64,000 bases of DNA, taken from the sequence record MW349129.1. One strand, written 5' to 3'. Positions 47,569 to 56,295 of this stretch are shown here, piece by piece. Position numbers and translations under genes: made by a program. The notes below the pieces were generated by a model that ran no database searches, was not told where the DNA came from, and worked only from the letters and a program-made list of their open reading frames with translations. Numbering within the stretch: position 1 is the first letter of the stretch; each line of letters starts with the position of its first letter.

Positions 47569-47598
47569 ACCACAACGATAAATTAATATCGTTGTGGT
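47569..47598. terminator. Bidirectional terminator
   Basis: ACCACAACGATA / TATCGTTGTGGT. Confidence 0.75.
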
Positions 47599-47602
47599 AT
47601 AT

Positions 47603-47821
47603 TTATTTTTTATCTTGTTCTTTTATCTCTTCTAATAGGATTTCATTAAAAGTAGATAACTTATCTATTACTTTTCTTTGATTTCTATTTTCTTTTTCTA
47701 TCATATTGATTCTTATAGATATTTCTTCCAAATTCTTAAGAATTAATTTAGTTCTTACAATTAATGGTAGACCTATCAATAAGAAATATATTAAGAGGCA
47801 AAGGATAACAATCTGTATCAC
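47603..47821 (-). CDS. Small membrane-anchored coiled-coil protein
   Basis: 72 aa with an N-terminal TM helix. Confidence 0.55.
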   Translation of the reverse strand: MIQIVILCLLIYFLLIGLPLIVRTKLILKNLEEISIRINMIEKENRNQRKVIDKLSTFNEILLEEIKEQDKK

Positions 47822-47891
47822 TATTGGTTTCCTCCAGTACTTACATTATAGAAAAAATTTTTATAGAAAAGGGAGCGTTGATGAAAATACT

Positions 47892-48560
47892 ATGAATTAT
47901 AAAGAATCGTTTAAAGAATTCGACTTCGGAAGAGACTTTGAAGCTGTGGTTATAGATAACTCAGATTTTGATACAAAATATGAAGTTAAACTATTTGTGT
48001 TTGAACTAATAATGACCACCTTGCAAGATTCCCCAAGAAATATCAAAAGAAACCTATACGCATCAAATATTATTAATATAGAGGATTTAGATATATCTGA
48101 AAATATTGATATTGGAAATTATTTAGTCTGTCAACCGTTGATGAATAATGATCTTGATAAACCTTTAAGAAAACCTGAGTTATATGACAGAGTTTTACTT
48201 AAATTCCATAATGCAAATCCTAAATTTCCATATTATTACGATATGCATCTTCCAAGAAAATATAAACCTGAAGAACCTCATATTCCTAATAGAAGACAAA
48301 TTAAAGGGAATTATTATAGATTGCTTATGTATAGAGAAGAAAATATGACAGGAAATGACGTTAATGTAGTAGGAATAACATTGTATGGTCTTGGATATTC
48401 TGTCAATAAATATGATAGTAAAAACTATATATTCGATAGAACTATGTTAGAATCATTGTTGCAATTCCAAAAAGATAATAACCTTAAACAAGATGGAGAC
48501 GTTGGACCAATTACATTTAACAAATTAATAGAAAAATACAATGCAATTAGTTATTGTTAG
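47892..48560 (+). CDS. Baseplate hub/spike-like protein with a C-terminal peptidoglycan-binding domain
   Basis: N-terminal FEAVVIDN..D...EVKL (gp5 OB-fold-like); C-terminal QFQKDNNLKQDGDVGPITF (PG_binding_1). Start placed at the ATG clear of the overlapping gene; uncertain. Confidence 0.6.
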   Translation: MNYKESFKEFDFGRDFEAVVIDNSDFDTKYEVKLFVFELIMTTLQDSPRNIKRNLYASNIINIEDLDISENIDIGNYLVCQPLMNNDLDKPLRKPELYDRVLLKFHNANPKFPYYYDMHLPRKYKPEEPHIPNRRQIKGNYYRLLMYREENMTGNDVNVVGITLYGLGYSVNKYDSKNYIFDRTMLESLLQFQKDNNLKQDGDVGPITFNKLIEKYNAISYC

Positions 48561-48578
48561 AAATGAGGAATTAAAAAA

Positions 48579-49163
48579 ATGTATTATGAAATTAAACAAG
48601 ATAGACGAAGAAGAAGTAATACTTTTCAAACACATGTAATAATTACTCATATGAATAATTTAATACTTAAAGAGAATAAATTTAGTGATAGAAATTTACT
48701 TAAAGGATCTTATAAATATTCTTGGGGTAAAGTTCAGAATTATCTAATTAGACATGCTAATATTAGAGCTTTACCTATGCATTATTATGTAGAATTGATA
48801 GATAAAGATTACGCTGTTATGGAAGGATTATCTGATTATAAACCTAGTTATTACCTTCAAGAATTAGCAGATAAAGGAATTATACCTCAGAAATATAAAA
48901 ATAGTATTTTAATAGCTGTGGCTGATGATTTTAATTTATATAATCCTGATGTACGTATGTTTAAACATTTAGCAGATAAATTATTAGTACCTTTATGTAA
49001 AAGACACCGATTAAGTTTTCATGAAATAAAATTATTAGACGAAATTTATAGAGATGATTATCTTGATCACCTTGATGAAAATCGTTTTGAAACTAAGTCT
49101 ATGAATAGATTTGATAAACAAAGATTAAAAAATCAATTTAATATTTACAATGTAATGAAATAA
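48579..49163 (+). CDS. Amidase_2/PGRP-fold-like protein, probably catalytically degenerate
   Basis: HVIITH, MHYYV, SILIAV..DF...P pattern; the final Zn-ligand His is absent (IKLLDE). Confidence 0.4.
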   Translation: MYYEIKQDRRRRSNTFQTHVIITHMNNLILKENKFSDRNLLKGSYKYSWGKVQNYLIRHANIRALPMHYYVELIDKDYAVMEGLSDYKPSYYLQELADKGIIPQKYKNSILIAVADDFNLYNPDVRMFKHLADKLLVPLCKRHRLSFHEIKLLDEIYRDDYLDHLDENRFETKSMNRFDKQRLKNQFNIYNVMK

Positions 49164-49496
49164 AATTTATTTATATTTTGTTACTAACAATATAAATATA
49201 GAAATCTAAATTTCTATATTGTTTTACCTTTTGTTTTGTCTTATGTTTGTGCTCTGATTTCAAAGTCATTTTGCTCTTAACTTCGTATAGTATAAAACTT
49301 TGCTATTTATAATTTTTTTAGCTAAGATGATAAAGCTTATAAGCTTTATTGGACAAACTGCCATGTCAAATTTATAAATAACTTACAATATATTAGCGTA
49401 TTAAGTTTTTATAATAAAAAAATTGCTCGCTTAATGATTAAATTTCTATTTTAATCTTTATTTATGATTTACTCCTTATATAAATAAAAAATAAAT

Positions 49497-49526
49497 CCCC
49501 AATACCATAGAAAAATGGTATTGGGG
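49497..49526. terminator. Terminator hairpin
   Basis: CCCCAATACCAT / ATGGTATTGGGG. Confidence 0.8.
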
Positions 49527-49533
49527 TATTTTA

Positions 49534-50247
49534 TTAACCGAAATATAATTTCTTTCTGTTACTATTAAATATAGAATAATTTTCCATCTTTTCTACTAAT
49601 TCTTTACGTTTATCTCTTGCTTCACGTAAATCATCCATATTAAGATTTAATTCTCCAAAAGTAGTTTGTAAGTTCTGAAATCTACTTCTCATAGCATATA
49701 ATGATATTTGAACATCATAAGAAGCTAATTCTAAGAAATAGTCATGCATATTATTTGGTACAGAACCGAAATGTTTATCATGATAAGTATTTAGAACGAC
49801 TAGTAAATTAACTGTTCCAATTACAGCAGAACTTAATATTTCTATTTTATTAGGATGATGATATCTGAAAGTAGATGGTGATAAATTAATTGCCATTAAA
49901 TCAGACATCATTTGACTATCTATAGGATTTCCCATAGCAAATCCTGCATAAGGACTCATATTACCTGCATATCCTGTTAAATTAGTAATAGGATTATTAG
50001 CTCCAATTACTCTATTAATATTAACTATAGGATTCTCAGAATCAATATAGAACATATTAGTTGTACCTTCTACTTTATCTTCCGGTTTTATAATTACTCT
50101 TTCTTGTTTAGGATGAAATTTACTAAATGTAGGAATAGTGAATCTTTCTACTGTTTTAATAATTTCATCAGGTTTTAATTCTAGATCAGTGAACATGAAA
50201 CCTACATCACGTTCAATATAGTTAAGTATTTCTGTATTGGTTAACAT
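49534..50247 (-). CDS. Neck / head-completion protein (T4 gp13-like)
   Basis: N-terminal ILNYIERDVG...LELKPDEII...F resembles the gp13 pattern; downstream of the prohead protease. Confidence 0.5.
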   Translation of the reverse strand: MLTNTEILNYIERDVGFMFTDLELKPDEIIKTVERFTIPTFSKFHPKQERVIIKPEDKVEGTTNMFYIDSENPIVNINRVIGANNPITNLTGYAGNMSPYAGFAMGNPIDSQMMSDLMAINLSPSTFRYHHPNKIEILSSAVIGTVNLLVVLNTYHDKHFGSVPNNMHDYFLELASYDVQISLYAMRSRFQNLQTTFGELNLNMDDLREARDKRKELVEKMENYSIFNSNRKKLYFG

Positions 50248-50271
50248 AACCTTTAATCACATCCATACATA

Positions 50272-51453
50272 TTATTTAAAGTTTCTATAGAAATCATCAA
50301 GTCCATTAAGAACAGATTCTTCTAAGAAAACTTTAATAGTTTTATTACTTTCTTTAATTGAAGCTAATTGAGATCCTTTATCATAACTGATATTAGATTC
50401 ATCAACTCCAGCAAATCCCATATCTTCTGCAATGTATTTTACATTATCTGAATTTTCTTTAATATAAGTTAAAACTTCTCTAGGTGAAAATTCAGTAATT
50501 TTACCATTAGCAAACATATCAATTGATTCATTTACCATTTGTAAATCATTAGGATTATAGTTATTATGTCCTTCTGAAATAATATTTTGAATATAAGAAT
50601 CTTGATGAGATGGAATTACTACCCACATTAATGTTATCTGTATTAATGTAATACAGATCAGACTATGTCATTATCCTATATAAGGATAAACTATATTTAG
50701 TCGTTGAACAACTTGTATTAAGTTGATGCTAATTACTTTAATAAAAGATTTTAGCAATTAATAGTTTTATCATTCTTAAATTACTTTAAGAAGCGACAAG
50801 GTTTATTTTATCGTAACAAATTAATCTTAAAGGTTTAGTAACTTCAACTTCACCAGAAGGTGTTCTATTAATTTTACTGAAACCACGCATTGAGAAAGAT
50901 ACATCAGACTTTTGTCCAATTAATCCTTTCATATCTTTACCAGCTGATGTTTGAGCTGTTTCTACTTCTCCCATTAATTTATTACCATTCCACCAAGTTC
51001 TAGTAACAATATGAGAAATATTACGTTGATCAATATACATTTGACGTTTAGGTTCATCACTTAAAGGATGACCTGCAAATTATTATTCTTCATTACTTTA
51101 ATAAAGATTAGACTATATCATCTAGGTTATATATTTAGTCGTTGAACAACTTGTATTAAGTTGATGCTGATTGAGATAATAATCTTTCCCAGCAATTAAT
51201 ATAATTTAACGTGAGCCATTTTAACCTAAAACTCACCATAAAAAGTTCTTCTTGCTAATTTTTCTTGTATTACTGGACTATCTAAACCACTTTGAATAAC
51301 ATCTTTACGATAAACACGACCATTACGGTTTTGTCTATCCGCTTCTTGTAACTCAGCAATGAATCTAACTGATTTATTATTATCTTGAACTACTTCTGGT
51401 TGAGAAGTTGTGTTAGATTCATTAATAAGATAAGCTTTTATATCTTTAGACAT
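50272..51453 (-). CDS. Prohead core protease (T4 gp21-like), three exons: 51453-51231, 51075-50810, 50625-50272; spliced 280 aa
   Basis: N.NGRVY motif. Splicing restores FYGE-SGHP and ICYD-WVVIPSH. Exon sum is 843 nt, in frame. Confidence 0.9.
50626..50809 (-). mobile_element. ORF-less group I intron, 184 nt
   Basis: P1 CGAU|AA with UUGUCG (U-G pair); P2 with GUAA loop; P4 UGCUAA/UUAGCA; R GUUCAACGACUA; S UGACAUAGUC; terminal G. Confidence 0.9.
51076..51230 (-). mobile_element. ORF-less group I intron, 155 nt
   Basis: P1 GUGAGU/GCUCAC (U-G pair); P AAUUGCUGGGAAA; Q AAUCAGCA; R GUUCAACGACUA; S UGAUAUAGUC; terminal G. Confidence 0.9.
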
Positions 51454-51487
51454 TTATTTAACTTCCTTTCACATATTAAATTTAGAA

Positions 51488-51525
51488 TATTTAAATGTTT
51501 GATAAGCAATTTTAACAATAGAATA
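51488..51525. promoter_or_regulatory. Divergent pair of late-type AACA-N6-TA promoters
   Basis: Minus AACATTTAAATA (51499-51488) toward the protease; plus AACAATAGAATA (51514-51525) toward 51554. Confidence 0.6.
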
Positions 51526-51553
51526 TTAACCTTAATGAAAATATGAATAGGAT

Positions 51554-52573
51554 GTGAAATACTTGAAGAATTTCAATGAAGTAGAAAGTGATTTAAAATA
51601 TTTCATAGAACAAACAGATAATGATTCTTTTCCCGTTGATTTATATGATAAATTAATTGATATTGAAAAGTATGCAGATGTAGATTCTTTTACAAGTGAT
51701 CAAGTTAGAAAATCGGTTAAATATCTTGTTGCTTTAAAAGATTCATTAGAAAGATTTGAAATTGAAAATGAACAGTCTGAAATGGCAGTCAATATGGTTC
51801 TTCATAAAATAGAATTCTTAAAGGATAAGTATAATACTCTTTATATTAATAAACGTGTTCCAAATAATGGTTACATAGATAACTTATATAAAGAAGATTT
51901 TAGTTCTAATATTAATACAGAATTTAATTTTAAACAATTAACTGTAGCATTGGCTGAAAGCCCTGCTGATTCTAAATTAGAAAGAAAAGCTGTTATTAAT
52001 TTCTTAATGGAAGGTACTATGAATTATCTTAATGAAGCTTATGACGATGAAGATGATGAAGATTATCTTGATGGTATTGATAGTAGTTTTGAAACTTCTA
52101 AAGAACCTAAAGTTGCTGAAAAGAATTTAAATAGATTGATTGGTTCTGTTAAGAAAGCAACCGCATCTTCTAAGAATATGGATGATAAGCAATTAGCTAA
52201 AGCTAATCGTATTAGATTTGTAAGAGCTTTATTAACTGCGATTTTATTCTGTATTGGATTGAAAATTAGTTCATCGGCTATAGGTAAAGCTAAAACAGCT
52301 TTAATAGGTTTATTGACTGTAATTGTCTATAATGCAACTAAAGGTAATGAACTTAATAGACTTATCATTGTATTAGAAGAAAGAATTCAATCTTTAGAAA
52401 ATAGAATTGATTCAACTGATGATGAAGGAAAAAGAAAAGAATTAAGAATATTAAAATCAGACTTAGAAGGTCAACTTAAGAAAGCTAATTTCCAAAAGAA
52501 ATCTATTGAAAAAACTAAGAATGCGATTTCTCGTGGAGATGTAAACGATAGTGGGTCATCATATGACTATTAA
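51554..52573 (+). CDS. Probable inner-head / core protein
   Basis: 339 aa; YLNE|AY-type cleavage motif followed by an acidic tract; hydrophobic helices and a coiled coil; in the head cluster. Confidence 0.5.
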   Translation: MKYLKNFNEVESDLKYFIEQTDNDSFPVDLYDKLIDIEKYADVDSFTSDQVRKSVKYLVALKDSLERFEIENEQSEMAVNMVLHKIEFLKDKYNTLYINKRVPNNGYIDNLYKEDFSSNINTEFNFKQLTVALAESPADSKLERKAVINFLMEGTMNYLNEAYDDEDDEDYLDGIDSSFETSKEPKVAEKNLNRLIGSVKKATASSKNMDDKQLAKANRIRFVRALLTAILFCIGLKISSSAIGKAKTALIGLLTVIVYNATKGNELNRLIIVLEERIQSLENRIDSTDDEGKRKELRILKSDLEGQLKKANFQKKSIEKTKNAISRGDVNDSGSSYDY

Positions 52574-53237
52574 TAATAGAGATCTTTTATCTGAATCAAT
52601 TAAAAAATTATTAAATGGTAATAATATTCTTAATGAAGCTGAAGATGATGAAACTAATAATGATTCTTCAGATACTAATACAGATGATACAAGTTCTGAA
52701 GATACTAATAGTGATAATGAAGAATCTTCAGAAGAAAATACAGAAACAGAAGAAGAAAATCAAGATGATAGTAATGAAGATGATTCTATTACAGATGATT
52801 CTGAAAGTGATTCAGAATTAGATGATGGTTCAGAAGAAAATTCAGATGAAGATAATCCTTTAGATGATCAACCTGAAGAAGAAAATAATGAAACTAAAGA
52901 AACTAATTCTGATAAATATCTAAAATTACAAATATTTAATAAATTAAACGATTTAATAGATGTGTCATTAAAATTTAAAGATATTGTAAATGAAAAGAAT
53001 ATGGAATCATTTGATAAAAATGAAAAAGAAAAAATGAGTGAAGTTACAGTACAAACTTCAAATAATATAGACAGTTTAATTGATAGTATTAATTTATTTA
53101 ACAATAAATTTATAAATAATATTGATGCTGATAAATGTGAGAAACTTTATAAGAAGTTTGAAAATACTTATAACGAAATCTTCAATATTTATTTAAAAGA
53201 ATACAATAAATTGAATAAAGACAAAAAAAGCAAATAG
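52551..53237 (+). CDS. Acidic prohead core/scaffold-like protein
   Basis: LLSES and ILNEAE sites with a long D/E/S tract; directly upstream of the capsid gene. Confidence 0.55.
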   Translation: MGHHMTINNRDLLSESIKKLLNGNNILNEAEDDETNNDSSDTNTDDTSSEDTNSDNEESSEENTETEEENQDDSNEDDSITDDSESDSELDDGSEENSDEDNPLDDQPEEENNETKETNSDKYLKLQIFNKLNDLIDVSLKFKDIVNEKNMESFDKNEKEKMSEVTVQTSNNIDSLIDSINLFNNKFINNIDADKCEKLYKKFENTYNEIFNIYLKEYNKLNKDKKSK

Positions 53238-53340
53238 TTTTATATTTCAAATTTTATTCCGTTTTATTAATATTTATAAAATTAATAACATTAACATATG
53301 AAAAGAAATATTTCATTACAAATAATGATTATTTTTTATA

Positions 53341-53352
53341 AACAAATTTATA
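53341..53352 (+). promoter_or_regulatory. Late-type promoter AACA-N6-TA for the major capsid gene
   Basis: AACAAATTTATA; a second match lies at 53287-53298. Confidence 0.6.
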
Positions 53353-53415
53353 TAATAAAATTAATAAATATAAACTACACGCTAATATATTTAAGAAAAG
53401 GAGCAGAAAAAATTT

Positions 53416-55020
53416 ATGTTAAACCCAAACAGAATTAAAGATGAATTTTCGGTTCGTTTAGAAGATATCGAAAACTCTATTAATGAATCATATAATCTTA
53501 GTACTATCGGTGGAGATTTCGCTGCTATTGCTACTGATGATGCAGTATTTGAAAGCTATAAAGATCAATTATTAGAAGGTTTTGACGCTGCTGAAGGAGA
53601 AGCTTTAGCTGGAATGTTAGATAATACTCGTGAAGAAATCTTAATGGAATCTTCAATGGGACCTATCCAACCTTACGCTTCACTTTCTATGCCTATTTTA
53701 GTTAAACTTTGGGCTCGTTTAGCTTTAACTGAAGCTTTACCAACTCAAGTTGCTAACAAACCAAACTTTACAGTTCCAATCTTAACTCCATATGTTGTGG
53801 ATGCAGATGGTAACAAACATGCTTTACCAGAATCAATCAATAACACTCCTGAAACTTTAGTTGGATTAGTTCAAATTAAAGAAGATATCCCAGTTGAAGG
53901 TGGAAAAATTACTGATTACGATTTATTTACTGGATTAAAAGAAGGTAAAGAAGTTCGTAAAGGTATTGACCGTTTAGATCGTAAATTCAAAATCGTTGAA
54001 GCTAAATGGAGTGATTCATTCGATGAACGTACTTCAGCTGCAGGATTCGTTGAATTAGGTTCTAACGTAGTTAAATTACAAGACAATGATACATTAGTAG
54101 GTCAAATTAAATACCCTACAAATGGCGATGGTGAAGTTGAAACTGATACTGTCTTAGGTAAAGTAGATGTTTCTTCAGGTGAAATTACTTTGACTTCTGC
54201 TTCAGGTAAATTAACTGATGTTAAAGTTAAAGGTTATGTAGCTTCTGAACAACATACTTCAGCTACAAACGTTGAACTTGGTTTAACTCGTAAAGATGTT
54301 GTTATCGATACAGCTCAACACATCGAAGCTACAGTACCTCTTGAAGTAATTCAAGATATGAAAGCTACTTATGATATCGATGGAGTTGCTCGTTTATCAG
54401 AAACTATGTCTCAATTATCTAGTCAAAAAGTTGACTTAGACATTATTGAATTCTTAGATCACGAATATAAAGAAACTGATGCTAAATATCACTTCAGCTT
54501 CGATGTATTCCCACATAGTGATTACAGTGCTCACCCTAAAGATTGGTTAGAAGGTCTACGTGAAGTAATTGACCATACTACTCAATCAATGAAAAACGAT
54601 TACAAACTATATGACGTTCAATTCGTTATCGTTGGTAACCCATTAGATGTTCGTTTAATCCCTAACGTTTCTTGGACTTTCAATGGTGGAGACCGTAACG
54701 CTGATGCTTATTCTAACGGAATCAAAATTAACTATTCATTAGGTGCTGCTTCAGGTACTGCTAACTACCGTATTATCGGTTCTGACTTAGTTCGTCAAGG
54801 TGAATTGACTATTATTGCAATTCCTCAACAAGACAACTATAAAACATTCATGTTCTACCCTTACACGTTCAACGTTGTAAATGGTGGAGGTTACCTAAAT
54901 ACTCGTAACCCTAATGTTCCTAACATGATGATGACTCGTAGATATACAGTTGAATCATTCGTTCCGATCATTGGACGCATTACAATCAAAAACAACAACG
55001 GTTCAGTATACGCTCGTTAA
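53416..55020 (+). CDS. Major capsid protein
   Basis: 534 aa; strong high-expression codon bias; acidic propeptide with ILME|S; position between core proteins and terminase; strong terminator. Confidence 0.8.
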   Translation: MLNPNRIKDEFSVRLEDIENSINESYNLSTIGGDFAAIATDDAVFESYKDQLLEGFDAAEGEALAGMLDNTREEILMESSMGPIQPYASLSMPILVKLWARLALTEALPTQVANKPNFTVPILTPYVVDADGNKHALPESINNTPETLVGLVQIKEDIPVEGGKITDYDLFTGLKEGKEVRKGIDRLDRKFKIVEAKWSDSFDERTSAAGFVELGSNVVKLQDNDTLVGQIKYPTNGDGEVETDTVLGKVDVSSGEITLTSASGKLTDVKVKGYVASEQHTSATNVELGLTRKDVVIDTAQHIEATVPLEVIQDMKATYDIDGVARLSETMSQLSSQKVDLDIIEFLDHEYKETDAKYHFSFDVFPHSDYSAHPKDWLEGLREVIDHTTQSMKNDYKLYDVQFVIVGNPLDVRLIPNVSWTFNGGDRNADAYSNGIKINYSLGAASGTANYRIIGSDLVRQGELTIIAIPQQDNYKTFMFYPYTFNVVNGGGYLNTRNPNVPNMMMTRRYTVESFVPIIGRITIKNNNGSVYAR

Positions 55021-55050
55021 GAGTAGTACTTTATTCTTGTTATTTATATT

Positions 55051-55079
55051 ACCCATACATCTCTCTGAGGTGTATGGGT
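55051..55079 (+). terminator. Terminator after the capsid gene
   Basis: ACCCATACA...TGTATGGGT followed by TTATTTT. Confidence 0.8.
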
Positions 55080-55116
55080 TTATTTTATATCAGAAAAGGA
55101 GAATAAATATTTCATT

Positions 55117-56271
55117 ATGAATTTACAAGAAGAACAGCAATTAAATAAAATTAATAAAATAATGAATATCAATGAAGATGCTTTTAATTTTAGTAAAAAT
55201 ACTTCATTATTAAGAGAAATAGATGAAGAATTTAAAACTTTATTAGATAGTTATAATTACGATAAATCTGATTTTGATTTAATTGATAAATCTGAAATAA
55301 ATAAAATAGCTACTAATATTTCTAAAATCACTAAAAAGCTATTTAATACTAATATGAAATTAAAATTCATTGAAGCCGATCCTAAAGGAAAAGATAAATT
55401 TAGAGTAGACTCAGTTGCTTCTACAATGATATATCCAGAACAAATTAGGAATACAGTAGATGGAATTTCTAAGATAGTTATAGAGGAAAAGAATGGTATA
55501 TATTATTCTAAACCTAGAGAAATTGAAGTATTTATGGAGTTATCATCTATCAGATACTTTTTAGAAATGAAAAAGAATTCTAAGAAAGTAGCTTTTTCTA
55601 ATTTTAATGAAAGAGTTTGTACTTCAGTACTACTACATGAAATAGGTCATAATCTATTTTTACCTATTGAAATTAAAGTAATAACTCAAGGTAAAGAACC
55701 TGCTTTTGAGCTTAAGTATAAAGACAATAAACCGGTACAATTTCAATACACTAAGGATATAGAAGCAGACACTGATAGAAATTTAAAATTAGCTGGACCT
55801 ATGATAATTTCTATGACAATAATGGTTGCTATTTTAACTTCATTAACAGGTGTAGCCTCTATAACTGGAATTACTTCTATCTTTTCTTTCTTTAAATTAG
55901 GATCAATGGATAATAAAAGAGTAAAAAAAATGAATTATAATTTATCTGAAAGATCTGCCAATCAATTACCTGCATTATATGGATATGCAAAAGAGAATAT
56001 AGTGCTTTATGATATAGTTTATGCCGCAACTAATAGTAAAATGGAAAAAACTAAAAATAATATTTTCAGTAAAATATTTAGAGGATTAATGTATCCTGGT
56101 AGATTATTTATTAGAAATTATAAAGACTATACAGCGGATTCTATTGACAGTACTATTAAGACTCTTAAATTTGAAATAAATAATCCTAATAATAGTAAAG
56201 AAGTTAAAGAAGGTTTAAAACAACAACTTTCTGATATTCAAACTTTGATGAAGAAATCAGATAATATGTAG
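55117..56271 (+). CDS. Zincin-like (HExxH) protein with a hydrophobic segment, probably virion-associated
   Basis: VLLHEIGHNLF and a downstream ERSAN...LYGY. Confidence 0.55.
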   Translation: MNLQEEQQLNKINKIMNINEDAFNFSKNTSLLREIDEEFKTLLDSYNYDKSDFDLIDKSEINKIATNISKITKKLFNTNMKLKFIEADPKGKDKFRVDSVASTMIYPEQIRNTVDGISKIVIEEKNGIYYSKPREIEVFMELSSIRYFLEMKKNSKKVAFSNFNERVCTSVLLHEIGHNLFLPIEIKVITQGKEPAFELKYKDNKPVQFQYTKDIEADTDRNLKLAGPMIISMTIMVAILTSLTGVASITGITSIFSFFKLGSMDNKRVKKMNYNLSERSANQLPALYGYAKENIVLYDIVYAATNSKMEKTKNNIFSKIFRGLMYPGRLFIRNYKDYTADSIDSTIKTLKFEINNPNNSKEVKEGLKQQLSDIQTLMKKSDNM

Positions 56272-56295
56272 ATAAGAAAAGTGAGTTGAATAAAT

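Noticed and set aside
47706-47891. N-terminal extension of the hub-like ORF
   Set aside because: Overlaps the opposite-strand 72-aa gene; similarity to a real domain starts only near ATG 47892.
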